From Gemmatimonadota bacterium (lineage in GTDB: Bacteria > Gemmatimonadota > Gemmatimonadetes > Gemmatimonadales > GWC2-71-9), in assembly GCA_016720805.1 (NCBI GenBank), contig JADKJZ010000014.1:193772-257771 (forward strand): a stretch of 64,000 bases of DNA, given 5' to 3'. Positions 17,571 through 26,933 of this stretch are shown piece after piece; position 1 is the stretch's first letter; each line of letters starts with the position of its first letter. Position numbers and translations under genes: made by a program. The notes below the pieces were generated by a model. It was not told where the DNA came from. It made no database searches and saw nothing but the letters and a program-made list of their open reading frames with translations.

Positions 17571-18869
17571 GTGCTGATGCTGGGGGGCGTGGCCGTCGCG
17601 GCTGCGCTCACCTGGCTGGTGCCGGCCGGCGAGTATGAACGGGTGGTGGACGCCGCCACCGGACGCACCATCGCCGTCGCCGGCACCTACCACGCGGTGC
17701 CTGACGCGCCAGTCGGGCCCTTCGCCGCCGTGATGGCGGTGCCTCGCGGCATCGCCGAGGGGATCGAGGTGATCCTCACCATCTTCCTCGTCGGTGGTGC
17801 CTGGTACCTGGTCGACAAGATCGGGACCCTCGGGCGCGCGGTGAACGCCCTCGCCTCGCGCTTTCGCGAAGGCAGCCTCCTCGCCCTCCCCCTCCTGATT
17901 CTCTTCTTCTCGATGATGGGTGCCGCCGAGAACATGCAGGAGGAGATCATCGCGCTGATCCCCGTGCTGCTGGTGCTCGGGAGCAGGCTCGGCGTCGACG
18001 CCGTCACCATGGTCGCGGCGAGTGCCGGTGCGGCAATGATCGGCAGCGCCTTCGGCCCGACCAATCCGTTCCAGGCGGGCATCGCGATGAAGCTCGCCGA
18101 GCTGCCGACCCTCTCCGGCGGCGCCCTCCGCACGGCGATGTGGATCGCGGGGACGGCACTCTGGACCGCCCTGACGTTGCGATGGGCAAGCCGGCATCGG
18201 GTGCCGGTGGCGAGTGCGCAGGTCACTCACGCGCCGTTGACCACGCGCGACGGGCTGATCCTCGCCTGCGTCACGGTGCCGCTCGCGGTCTACATCTACG
18301 GCGCCCTCCAGCTCGACTGGGGCTTCAACGAGCTCTCCTCGGCGTACTTCATCGGCGCCATCCTCGCCGGGGTCATCGCGCGTCTCAAGCTCGATGACAC
18401 CATCATCGGCTACCTCGAGGGGATGCAGTTGCTGCTCCCCGCCGCCCTGCTCGTCGGCGTGGCGCGCAGCATCACCGTCGTGCTCCAGGATGGGCACATC
18501 ATCGACACCATCCTCTACAGCATGGCCACGCCGCTCGCCAACGTCTCCACGACGGCCGCCGCGCTGCTGATGGTGCCGCTGCACGCGCTGCTGCACATCC
18601 CCGTCTCGAGTGTCAGTGGGCAGGCGGCGCTGACGATGCCGATCATGGTTCCGCTTTCGGACCTCCTCGGCGTCTCGCGCCAGGCCACGGTCCTGGCCTA
18701 CCAGGTCGGCGCCGGCCTCTGCGAATTGCTCACACCCACCAACGGCGCGCTGATGGCCGTCCTCCTCGCCGCCAAGGTTCCCTTCGGCGACTGGCTCCGC
18801 TTTGCGACCCGGGGCTATGCGCTGATGCTGGTCATCGGCATTGTGGGAATCCTCGTCGCGGTTCGCTGA
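17571..18869 (+). CDS. YfcC/DcuC-like anion carrier family membrane protein
   Basis: Polytopic protein resembling the YfcC (C4-dicarboxylate anaerobic carrier) family. The N-terminus may extend to CTG 17541. Confidence 0.7.
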   Translation: MLMLGGVAVAAALTWLVPAGEYERVVDAATGRTIAVAGTYHAVPDAPVGPFAAVMAVPRGIAEGIEVILTIFLVGGAWYLVDKIGTLGRAVNALASRFREGSLLALPLLILFFSMMGAAENMQEEIIALIPVLLVLGSRLGVDAVTMVAASAGAAMIGSAFGPTNPFQAGIAMKLAELPTLSGGALRTAMWIAGTALWTALTLRWASRHRVPVASAQVTHAPLTTRDGLILACVTVPLAVYIYGALQLDWGFNELSSAYFIGAILAGVIARLKLDDTIIGYLEGMQLLLPAALLVGVARSITVVLQDGHIIDTILYSMATPLANVSTTAAALLMVPLHALLHIPVSSVSGQAALTMPIMVPLSDLLGVSRQATVLAYQVGAGLCELLTPTNGALMAVLLAAKVPFGDWLRFATRGYALMLVIGIVGILVAVR

Positions 18870-18901
18870 TCGCCGTTCGCTTCTCGCTTCTCGAGTCTCG
18901 C
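18860..18901. repeat. Period-7 tract: GGTTCGC TGATCGC CGTTCGC TTCTCGC TTCTCGA GTCTCGC
   Basis: Six units of the form NNN-TCGC. Spans the yfcC stop (18867-18869) and ends 3 nt before the Rieske ATG 18905. Confidence 0.85.
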
Positions 18902-18904
18902 CGT

Positions 18905-19975
18905 ATGCACTTCAGTTTCAATCGCGACATCCGCTTCGCCCAGACCCTCCCCTCCCGCCTCTACGTCGATCCGACGTATCTGGCGCTCGAGGAGGAGAAG
19001 ATCTTCGGGCGCACCTGGCAGCTGGTCGGGCGGGTGGCCGACCTGGCCGAATCGGGGAGCTTCATCACCGCCCAGATCGGTGACGAGGCGATCGTCATCG
19101 TGCAGGACCGGGGCACGCTGCGCGGCTTCCACAACATCTGCCTGCATCGGGCGGGGCCGGTGGCGTCGGGATGCGGCACCCGGCAGACGCTGCAGTGTCG
19201 CTATCACGGCTGGACCTATCGGCTTGATGGCACGCTGCTGCGCGCGCCCGAGATGGAGGGGACCGAGGGCTTCGATCCCGAGTCGATGCGGCTGCTGCCG
19301 GTGCAGGTGGCCACGTGGGGACCGCTGGTCTTCGCGAACCTCGATCTCAAGGCGCCGCCGCTCGACCATTTCCTCGAGGGGATCGGCGAGCGGACGGCGC
19401 GCTTCCAGCCCGAGGCGATGCGCTTCGTGATGCAGAAGCGCTGGACCGTCGAGTGCAACTGGAAGGTGTACGTCGACAACTACCTCGAGGGATACCACCT
19501 CCCGGCGGTGCATCCCGGGCTCTACAAGGAGCTCGACTACGATGCCTACCGGGTGGAGCCGCATCGCTACTGGTCGTTGCAGCACGCGCCGCTCCGGGCC
19601 GGACATGGTCCGGAGCGCATCTACGTGCCCAATGGTGAGGGGGATGACGCCCAATACTACTGGTGCTTTCCCAACGTGATGCTCAACATCTACCAGGGGC
19701 AGATGCAGACCAACGTGGTGCTCCCCTGTGGTCCCGACCGCTGCGAGGTCGTCTTCGAGTGGTATGCCGTCGATCCGCCGGCCGATGCGGCCACCGACCC
19801 GAAATGGACCTCGCTGATCGCCTTCAGCGACGAGATCCAGGACGAAGACATTGAAATTTGCGAACGGGTCCAGCAAAATCTCCGCTCGCGCGTGTACGAC
19901 CGCGGCCGCTATTCCGCCCTGCGCGAGAACGGCGTCCACCACTTCCATGCCTTGCTGCACGAGTTCCTGACATGA
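18905..19975 (+). CDS. Rieske [2Fe-2S] non-heme iron oxygenase, alpha-subunit type
   Basis: Rieske motif CLHRAGP ... CRYHGWTY, followed by a catalytic domain with EGYHLPAVH. Confidence 0.85.
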   Translation: MHFSFNRDIRFAQTLPSRLYVDPTYLALEEEKIFGRTWQLVGRVADLAESGSFITAQIGDEAIVIVQDRGTLRGFHNICLHRAGPVASGCGTRQTLQCRYHGWTYRLDGTLLRAPEMEGTEGFDPESMRLLPVQVATWGPLVFANLDLKAPPLDHFLEGIGERTARFQPEAMRFVMQKRWTVECNWKVYVDNYLEGYHLPAVHPGLYKELDYDAYRVEPHRYWSLQHAPLRAGHGPERIYVPNGEGDDAQYYWCFPNVMLNIYQGQMQTNVVLPCGPDRCEVVFEWYAVDPPADAATDPKWTSLIAFSDEIQDEDIEICERVQQNLRSRVYDRGRYSALRENGVHHFHALLHEFLT

Positions 19976-20604
19976 GCCGACTGACCCGCTCGACCGTTGC
20001 CCTCGCCGCCCTCGTTGTCGCCTCGACCGGCTGCGCCCGGCAGGGCGCCATCAGTCCCGATCCGGCCGCCCCCGATTCCTTCGACGTGGCGATGGAGACG
20101 AGTGTCGGCACGATCACGCTGCGTAGCCGCCGTGCCTGGGCGCCGCACGGCGTCGACCGCTTCCATCGGCTGGTGAGCGAGGGGTTCTACGACGACGTCC
20201 GATTCTTCCGCGTCGTCCCCGGTTTCGTGATCCAGTTCGGCCTCTCCGGCGACCCCAAGGCCTCGGCCAAGTGGGAAGCCGCCCCGATCGCCGACGACAC
20301 CGTCAAGGTGTCCAACAAGCGCGGCACGGTGGTCTTTGCCCGCGCCGGCCAGAACAGCCGCACCTCGCAGCTCTTCTTCAACACCGTCGACAACGGCCTG
20401 ATGCTCGATGCGGCCGACGGCTTCGGCTTCCCGCCGTTCGCCGAGATCACCAGTGGCGTCGAGGTGCTGGACAAGATCTTCCAGGGCTATGGCGAGGCGC
20501 CCGACCAGGGGCAGATCATGCGGGCGGGGAATGCCTACCTGCAGGAGAACTTCCCGAAGCTCGACTACATCAAGTCGGCCAAGGTCACCAGCCACTGGCC
20601 GTAG
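19972..20604 (+). CDS. Cyclophilin-type peptidyl-prolyl isomerase, lipoprotein
   Basis: ATGA overlap. Lipobox LVVASTGC. Cyclophilin motifs FHRLVSEGFYDD, FRVVPGFVIQFG and SQLFFN. Confidence 0.85.
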   Translation: MSRLTRSTVALAALVVASTGCARQGAISPDPAAPDSFDVAMETSVGTITLRSRRAWAPHGVDRFHRLVSEGFYDDVRFFRVVPGFVIQFGLSGDPKASAKWEAAPIADDTVKVSNKRGTVVFARAGQNSRTSQLFFNTVDNGLMLDAADGFGFPPFAEITSGVEVLDKIFQGYGEAPDQGQIMRAGNAYLQENFPKLDYIKSAKVTSHWP

Positions 20605-20649
20605 CGTGCCACGGTTGCGCCCTCACGGCCCCACCCCGCTAGACCTTCA

Positions 20650-20674
20650 GTGCCGCCCAGTGGCTGGGCGGCAC
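20650..20674. terminator. Perfect 11-bp hairpin GTGCCGCCCAG-TGG-CTGGGCGGCAC
   Basis: Read directly. Lies 45 nt after the PPIase stop. No U-tract. Being palindromic, it could also serve the antisense (rho) transcript. Confidence 0.5.
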
Positions 20675-20692
20675 CACCACCGCGAGGGAACG

Positions 20693-20869
20693 ATGAAGGA
20701 CAAGCAGCTCGACAAGCTCGTCAAGAAGGTCACCGGCGTGGCGCGGACCGAGAAGGACAAGAACAAGCGCTTCGTGGACCCCACGCTGGAAGCCACGAAG
20801 CGCCCGGAAGAAGCGGCCGATTCCGACCGCCAGTTCCTCTTCAAGGAAATGAAGAAGCGGGAGTTCTAG
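20693..20869 (+). CDS. Small Lys-rich hypothetical protein (58 aa)
   Basis: GAGGGA 4 nt upstream of ATG 20693. Nearly all third codon positions are G/C. Stop overlaps the rho stop in a shared CTAG. Confidence 0.6.
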   Translation: MKDKQLDKLVKKVTGVARTEKDKNKRFVDPTLEATKRPEEAADSDRQFLFKEMKKREF

Positions 20870-22137
20870 ATCCCGCGCTGCAGCAGCTCGCGGACCACCT
20901 CGATCTGCTTGTTGGTGGGGAGATCCGCCGTCGCCTGACGCAGGGCGTGCGCCCGCTCCAGTGACTTCGGGTCGAGGAGCAGCTCTTCGCGGCGCGTCCC
21001 GCTCGCCGCCACGTCGATCGCCGGAAAGATCCGTCGCTCCGCCAGCTCCCGGCTCAGCACGATCTCGGCGTTGCCCGTTCCCTTGAACTCCTCGAAGATC
21101 ACTTCGTCGGCCTTCGAGCCGGTGTCGATCAGCGCCGTGGCGATGATCGTCAGCGAGCCCTTGCCCACGCGCGGGTCCACCGCGCGCGCGCTGCCGAAGA
21201 AGCGCTTCGGGCGCTCCATCGCCTCGGCCCCGATGCCGCCCGACAACGTCCGACCCGACCCACGGTCGATGTTGTTGTACGCGCGCGCGAGCCGCGTGAG
21301 CGAATCGAGGATGATCACCACGTCCTCGCCCAGCTCCACCCGCCGCCGCGCCCGCTCCAGCGTCATCTCGGCGACCGCCACATGGCGCGCCGCGCCGTGG
21401 TCGAACGACGAGGCGATCACTTCGCCCGCGTTCGCCATCTCCATCTCGGTGACCTCCTCGGGCCGCTCATCGGCCAGGAGGATGTACACCGTGGCATCGG
21501 GCTGGTTGGTGATGATGCCGCGCGCGATCGCCGTCAGGAGGGTCGTCTTGCCGGCCTTTGCCGGGGCCACCACCAGGGCGCGCTGCCCCTTGCCGAGCGG
21601 GCAGAGGAGGTCGACCATCGCGGCGGTGATGTCGGCACCGCGGCCGACCGGGCCGAGCGCGGAGAGGCGGAGCCGCTCCTTCGGATGCGAGGCGGTCAGC
21701 CGGTTGAAATCGGGCCGGGTCAGGCACTCCGCCGGGTCGCGGCCGAAGAGCGAGGCGACCTTCTCGAGGGCCGGTCCCTTCCCGTTCCGCTGGGCGATTG
21801 CATCGCCGGCGATTTCATCGCCCGGCCGCAACTTGTGCTTGGCGATCAGCGATTGCGGGACAAAGACATCCTGCCCGGTCGGGAGGTAGCTCGATGCGCG
21901 CGAGCGGAGGAAGCCGCCGCCACGTTCGGTCAGCTCGAGGACGCCTTCCACCTGTCGCGTCCCGCTCCCGCCGACGGGCGCTTCCTCGAGCGCCGTGCCG
22001 CCCTCGCCCTCACCGGGTCCCTCCAGCCGCGGGGCGCCGCCCCCACTGCCGCCGGGCCGGCGCCCCCGTCCACGCCCACCCCGTCGCCGCGGCTTGCCAC
22101 CCTGCCCACCCCCATTGCCCCCGCGCGGATCGCTCAC
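20866..22137 (-). CDS. rho: Transcription termination factor Rho with Arg/Gly-rich N-terminus
   Basis: Walker A APAKAGKTTLL. CSD-like GVLELTERGGGFLRS. GTG start overlaps the stop of the upstream ankyrin gene (GTGA). Confidence 0.95.
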   Translation of the reverse strand: MSDPRGGNGGGQGGKPRRRGGRGRGRRPGGSGGGAPRLEGPGEGEGGTALEEAPVGGSGTRQVEGVLELTERGGGFLRSRASSYLPTGQDVFVPQSLIAKHKLRPGDEIAGDAIAQRNGKGPALEKVASLFGRDPAECLTRPDFNRLTASHPKERLRLSALGPVGRGADITAAMVDLLCPLGKGQRALVVAPAKAGKTTLLTAIARGIITNQPDATVYILLADERPEEVTEMEMANAGEVIASSFDHGAARHVAVAEMTLERARRRVELGEDVVIILDSLTRLARAYNNIDRGSGRTLSGGIGAEAMERPKRFFGSARAVDPRVGKGSLTIIATALIDTGSKADEVIFEEFKGTGNAEIVLSRELAERRIFPAIDVAASGTRREELLLDPKSLERAHALRQATADLPTNKQIEVVRELLQRGI

Positions 22138-22766
22138 GAGGCACTCCGGCCGAGGGCTGCGCGCACCAGCGCGGCTCCGTCATCAAAGCCGTTCCCCTCG
22201 GCGATTGCCAGCGGGGTGTAGCCGGCGCACTCAAGCGTCGGGTCGGCGCCGGCGTCGAGGAGGAGCGCGACGAGGGGAAGTCGCTTGGCAGCGAGCGCAG
22301 CATGGAGCGGGGTGTTGGTCATCGCATTCTGGGAAAGGGGGTGAAGACTGGCGCCGTGCGCCAGCAGGATCGTCGCGGCGCGCGGGGCGCCGAAGAAGGC
22401 AGCAAGGTGGAGCGGGGTCCAGCCATCGACCGAGTAGGTATCGGCCAGCGTTGCGTCGTCGTCCAGCAGCGCCTCGAGCCGTGCCACATCGTCAACGGCC
22501 GCCGCCTCGTGGATACTGCGTGGCCAGGACTGACCCGTCAGCCAGCACGCAACCTCGCCTGCGCGATGGTACAGCGCAGCCAGGAGGGGCGTTTCACCAG
22601 TGGGGGCCCGCTGCGAGAGCAGGGCGGGGTCGGCCTGAACGAGCGAGCGAACCTGCTCGAGGTCGTTCCGCCGACAGGCATCGAACAACGTGTCGGTCAC
22701 GTACCCTGGGGGTGTGGGCGGCGGGAGGCGCGCCCTCGGGCGCAGCCAGCCGCACAAATCACGCAC
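22134..22766 (-). CDS. Ankyrin-repeat protein
   Basis: Repeats TPLLAALYHRAGEVA, TPLHLAAFFGAPRAATILLAHGASL and TPLHAALAAKRLPLVALLLDAGADP. Start is GTG 22766 or GTG 22700. Confidence 0.75.
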   Translation of the reverse strand: MRDLCGWLRPRARLPPPTPPGYVTDTLFDACRRNDLEQVRSLVQADPALLSQRAPTGETPLLAALYHRAGEVACWLTGQSWPRSIHEAAAVDDVARLEALLDDDATLADTYSVDGWTPLHLAAFFGAPRAATILLAHGASLHPLSQNAMTNTPLHAALAAKRLPLVALLLDAGADPTLECAGYTPLAIAEGNGFDDGAALVRAALGRSAS

Positions 22767-22796
22767 CAGTGCCGCGATTTCGCCAGTCCCCGCCAG

Positions 22797-24194
22797 CTAC
22801 TCCGGGAAGATGCTCCCGTGGGCCGGGGCGAGGTGCGCCGAGAAGTGCCGGAGCGCCGGGGGCTGGGCCGTGATCCGCATCCCGCGGATCCGGTCCCGGC
22901 GCTCCCCGACGTAGCTCAACACCTCGGCCAGGTAGTCCACGTGGCTCTGGGTGTAGACGCGCCGTGGGAAGGCCAGCCGCACCAGCTCCATCGCCGACGG
23001 CTGCTCGGTCCCGTCCGGTTGCTGCCCGAACATCACCGAGCCGATCTCGACCGACCGGATGCCGCCGACCAGATAGAGCACGCAGGAGAGCGCCCACGCC
23101 GGATACTCGCTCTGGGGAATGTGCGGCAGCATCGCCTTGGCATCGATGTAGAGCGCGTGTCCGCCCGGCGGCGTCACCATCGGGATCCCAGCCGCCGTCA
23201 TCCGGTCGGCGAGGTACGCCACCGAACGCACCCGGTACCGGAGGTAGTCCTCGTTGAGTGCTTCGTCGAGGCCGATCGCGATCGCCTCGAGGTCGTAGCC
23301 AGCCAGCCCGCCGTACGTCGGAAACCCTTCCGTCAGGATCAGGTTGTCGCGGCATCGGCGCGCCAGGTCGTCGTCGTTCACGGCGAGGAAGCCTCCGATG
23401 TTCGCCATCCCGTCCTTCTTCGCGCTCATCGTCGCGCCATCGACCTCGGCGAACATCGCCTGGGCAATCTGTGTCGGCGTCTCGTGCTCGTGGCCCGGTT
23501 CGCGCTCCTTGATGAACCAGGCGTTCTCCGCGAATCGGCAGGCGTCGAGAAAGAGCGGGACTCCGTGGCGATTGCAGACGGCCCGCACAGCGCGCAGGTT
23601 CTCGAGTGACGCCGGCTGACCGCCGCCGGAATTGTTCGTCACGGTGTACATCACCAGCGGCACCTTCCCGGCCTGCTCGGTGAGCACCCGGTCGAGTGCC
23701 TCGACATCCATGTTCCCCTTGAACGGATGCCACACCGACGGCTGTCGTCCCTCGGCGATCGGCAAGTCGAGGGCGGTCGCGCCGCGTGCCTCGATGTTGG
23801 CCCGCGTGGTGTCGAAGTGGGTGTTGTTCGGCACGATCTGCCCCGCGTGCACCACCGTCCCGAAGAGGATCCGCTCGGCCGCCCGACCCTGGTGCGTCGG
23901 GATCACGTGGCGCAATCCGGTGATCCGCTGCACCGCCGCCTCGAAACGATAGAACGATTCGGCGCCGGCGTACGACTCGTCGCCGATCATCATCCCCGCC
24001 CATTGCCGCGACGACATCGCGCCGGTGCCGGAATCGGTCAGCAGGTCGATCAGGACGTCGCGCGCCCGCAGCAGGAAGAGATTGTGATGCGCCGCGTCGA
24101 GGGCGACCCGCCGTTCCTCCGCCGTGGTCTGGCGAATCGGTTCGACGCTCTTGATGCGGAACGGTTCGATGATGGTGCGGGGTGCGAAGGTCAT
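22797..24194 (-). CDS. tnaA: Tryptophanase (beta-eliminating lyase family)
   Basis: Start moved to ATG 24194 (MTFAPRTIIEPFRIKSVEP). NTHFDTT, PLP-Lys context SAKKDGMANIGG, FPTYGGLAG and LRHFSA are closer to TnaA than to tyrosine phenol-lyase. Confidence 0.85.
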   Translation of the reverse strand: MTFAPRTIIEPFRIKSVEPIRQTTAEERRVALDAAHHNLFLLRARDVLIDLLTDSGTGAMSSRQWAGMMIGDESYAGAESFYRFEAAVQRITGLRHVIPTHQGRAAERILFGTVVHAGQIVPNNTHFDTTRANIEARGATALDLPIAEGRQPSVWHPFKGNMDVEALDRVLTEQAGKVPLVMYTVTNNSGGGQPASLENLRAVRAVCNRHGVPLFLDACRFAENAWFIKEREPGHEHETPTQIAQAMFAEVDGATMSAKKDGMANIGGFLAVNDDDLARRCRDNLILTEGFPTYGGLAGYDLEAIAIGLDEALNEDYLRYRVRSVAYLADRMTAAGIPMVTPPGGHALYIDAKAMLPHIPQSEYPAWALSCVLYLVGGIRSVEIGSVMFGQQPDGTEQPSAMELVRLAFPRRVYTQSHVDYLAEVLSYVGERRDRIRGMRITAQPPALRHFSAHLAPAHGSIFPE

Positions 24195-25510
24195 GTGGTG
24201 GCGGCGCGCTGGCGCCAGTAGAGGAAGACGGGGATGCCGAGCAGCAGCAAACCGCCGCCGCGCAGGGCATTGCCCGGATTGGAGGCGAGTGAACCGAGCA
24301 CGACGTAGGCCGCCGCCGCAACGAAGGCGAGCGTGGTCCACGGATGCAATGGCACGAGGAACGGCACGACGCGGTCACCGTCGGCCCGGCGCAGCGCAAA
24401 GAGCGTCGCCGCGGTCAGGCCGAAGAAGATCCAGTCGGCAAACACTACGTAGTCCAGCAGGGCGCCGTAGGTCCCCGAGAAGAGCAGGAGAATGGCCCAG
24501 GCGCCTTGCACCACGATTGCCGCGACCGGCGTGCGCCAGGTCGGATGCAGCGTCGCGAACGACTTGAAGAAGAGCCCATCGCGCGCCATCGCCTGATAGA
24601 CGCGGGGCGAGACGAGGATCACCAGGTTCAGGAAGCCGAAGGTCGAGGCCACGATCCCCGCGGCGATCAGCCGCCGTCCGCTCTCGCCCGCGATCCCCGC
24701 CATCGTTTCGGCCGCGGGCGCGTGGCTTGCCGCCAGTCCGGCCGGGCCGAGCACCCGCAGGTACGCCACGTTCACCAGCAGATACGCCACCACCACGCCG
24801 ATCACGCCGAGGATCAACGCGCGCGGAAGATCGCGCTCCGGATCGCGCAGCTCCTCGGCGATGAAGTTGGTCTGCTGCCATCCGCCAAAGGCGAAGAGCA
24901 CCGGCACCAGTGCCGCACCGACCTTGAGCAGCGTCGACCCCGCCTCGATCGGCGCCTCCGCCTGGTTCACCGCGGCTGGCGCCGAGAACGCCGCGATCAC
25001 CAGCACCGCAATGGCCAGCAGCTTGAGCAGCGTGAAGACGTTCTGGGTCCACGCCGCCGGCTTGACGCCGATCACGTTGATCGCGGTCAGCAGCACAATC
25101 GCTCCGGCTGCCAGCATCGGCTGCTGCCCGGCGGGGAGCCCGAAGAGGTCGGTGGCGTACCCCGCAAAGGTCATCGCCACCGCCGCGATGGCCCCGGTCG
25201 CCATGATGAGCAGCAGCGCCCAGCCGTAGAGGAAGCCGGCCAGTGGCCCGAAGGCTTCCCGTAGATAGGCGTAACCGCCACCGGCAAGCGGCCGGCGTCG
25301 GCCCAGTTCGGCGAAGACGAAGGCACCCAGCAGGGCAATCACCGCGCCCAGCACCCAGACCAGCAGGGTGCCGTTGCGGCTCCCCATTCGGGCGGCCACC
25401 ACCGAAGGATTGAGGAAGATCCCCGACCCGATAATCCCGCCGATGACCATCATGGTGGCGGAGAAGAGTCCCAAGGTCCGGGCATAACCGACGGGGGGCG
25501 GTGTCGTCAC
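24191..25510 (-). CDS. APC-family amino acid permease
   Basis: 12-TM-like protein with GGIIGSGIFLNP motif. Stop overlaps the tnaA start (ATGA). Confidence 0.85.
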   Translation of the reverse strand: MTTPPPVGYARTLGLFSATMMVIGGIIGSGIFLNPSVVAARMGSRNGTLLVWVLGAVIALLGAFVFAELGRRRPLAGGGYAYLREAFGPLAGFLYGWALLLIMATGAIAAVAMTFAGYATDLFGLPAGQQPMLAAGAIVLLTAINVIGVKPAAWTQNVFTLLKLLAIAVLVIAAFSAPAAVNQAEAPIEAGSTLLKVGAALVPVLFAFGGWQQTNFIAEELRDPERDLPRALILGVIGVVVAYLLVNVAYLRVLGPAGLAASHAPAAETMAGIAGESGRRLIAAGIVASTFGFLNLVILVSPRVYQAMARDGLFFKSFATLHPTWRTPVAAIVVQGAWAILLLFSGTYGALLDYVVFADWIFFGLTAATLFALRRADGDRVVPFLVPLHPWTTLAFVAAAAYVVLGSLASNPGNALRGGGLLLLGIPVFLYWRQRAATT

Positions 25511-25686
25511 GGTGGTGGGGGGCTCCCGGCGCGCGGGTCAGGGTGAGGAGTGGGGGGTGGCGCGGAGCAAGTCCGGAGGATGGCGCAGTGGGGCCCCCGG
25601 CACAAGGCGACCCCCCTGCGGCTACTTTTCCGCCGCTCGCGGTCGCTACCGACCCCCCTGTTCCCGATTCGAGGCACGCCCCTGCG

Positions 25687-26619
25687 ATGATGCGTTCCGG
25701 CCTGCTCTGGCTTTCCGAGCGGAAGTCCATCTTCAACTTCGTCCGCAGCAATGGGCTGGCGAAGAAGTTTGCCTCGCGATTCGTCGCGGGCGAGACCCTC
25801 GCCACCGGTGAGGCCGCGGCCAAGGAGCTCCAGGCCAAGGGGATCACCTCCTCCCTCGACCTCCTCGGCGAAAGCGTCCATGCCGAGGCCGAGGCCAACG
25901 CCGCGCGCGACGCCTACATCGCCATTCTCCGCGGAATGAAGGCGGCCGGCCTCGAGGTCAACGCCTCGCTCAAGCCGACGCAAATGGGGCTCGACATCGA
26001 CGAGGGCCTCGCGGTGCGCAACATCACCGCCATCCTCGAGGTCGCCAAGGAGACCGGCGCCTTCGTCCGGATGGACATGGAAGGCTCGGCCTACACCCAG
26101 CGCACCATCGACTTCTACGAGAAGCAGGTCCCCGAGGCGCTTCGCAGCCACACTGGCCTGGTGATCCAGGCGGCGCTGCGTCGTTCCACCGAGGACATCG
26201 AGCACCTGATTCGCATCGGCGCGCGCGTCCGCCTCTGCAAGGGCGCCTACATGGAGCCGGCCGAGGTCGCCTATCCCGTCAAGGCCGACGTCGACGCGCA
26301 CTATGTGCGGCTGATGCACCGTCTGCTGACGGACGGCAACTACCCCGGGATTGCCACGCATGACGAGGCGATGCTGACCGAGGCGAAGCGCTTCGTGGCG
26401 GAGAAGGGCATTGCCCGCGACCGCTTCGAATTTCAGATGCTCTACGGCGTGCGGCGCGACCTCCAGGAACAGCTGGTGGCCGATGGCTACCGCATCCGCG
26501 TCTACATCCCGTTCGGCACGCAGTGGTACCCGTACCTGATGCGACGCCTTGCCGAGCGCCCCGCCAACATCGCGTTCATTCTGGGCAACGTCGTCAAGGA
26601 GGGGTTGAGGCGCTCGTGA
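25687..26619 (+). CDS. Proline dehydrogenase (monofunctional)
   Basis: ATG 25687. FVAGETL ... SLDLLGE ... VRMDMEGS ... YGVRRDL ... RVYIPFG are typical PRODH barrel motifs. Confidence 0.85.
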   Translation: MMRSGLLWLSERKSIFNFVRSNGLAKKFASRFVAGETLATGEAAAKELQAKGITSSLDLLGESVHAEAEANAARDAYIAILRGMKAAGLEVNASLKPTQMGLDIDEGLAVRNITAILEVAKETGAFVRMDMEGSAYTQRTIDFYEKQVPEALRSHTGLVIQAALRRSTEDIEHLIRIGARVRLCKGAYMEPAEVAYPVKADVDAHYVRLMHRLLTDGNYPGIATHDEAMLTEAKRFVAEKGIARDRFEFQMLYGVRRDLQEQLVADGYRIRVYIPFGTQWYPYLMRRLAERPANIAFILGNVVKEGLRRS

Positions 26620-26933
26620 CCGAGTTCACCCTCGGGGGCTACATGGCCGCGCACGATCGCGCGGCGGCGTTCGCCGGCAGCGACGAACGCGCCTATTCGG
26701 TGGCCCTCTGGGTGGACGACGACCCCGATGCACGCGGCCGCTTTGGTGGCGCCCTGCTCTTCGTCCGCTGGGCACCCGGTGGCGACGCCCCCGACGGCCA
26801 CCTCGAGTCCGACTACCTCGTCTGGGGCGAAACCCCCGACGATGCCCGCACCAGGCTCGGTGCCCTCTCCCTGTATGATGTGAAGGCCACCCTCGACGAA
26901 CTCATCGCCGCCGGCCGACCGGAGGAATTTTGA
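26616..26933 (+). CDS. Hypothetical protein (105 aa)
   Basis: GTGA overlap with the PRODH stop and TTGA overlap with the rsgA start. GC3-rich codons. No recognisable motif. Confidence 0.55.
   Translation: MTEFTLGGYMAAHDRAAAFAGSDERAYSVALWVDDDPDARGRFGGALLFVRWAPGGDAPDGHLESDYLVWGETPDDARTRLGALSLYDVKATLDELIAAGRPEEF

Noticed and set aside
25535-25562. GGGTCAG GGTGAGG AGTGGGG GGTGGCG as another heptamer array in the permease / proline dehydrogenase gap.
   Set aside because: It has only about four degenerate units with no clear partner arm. I mention it as a possible relic but do not call it a feature.
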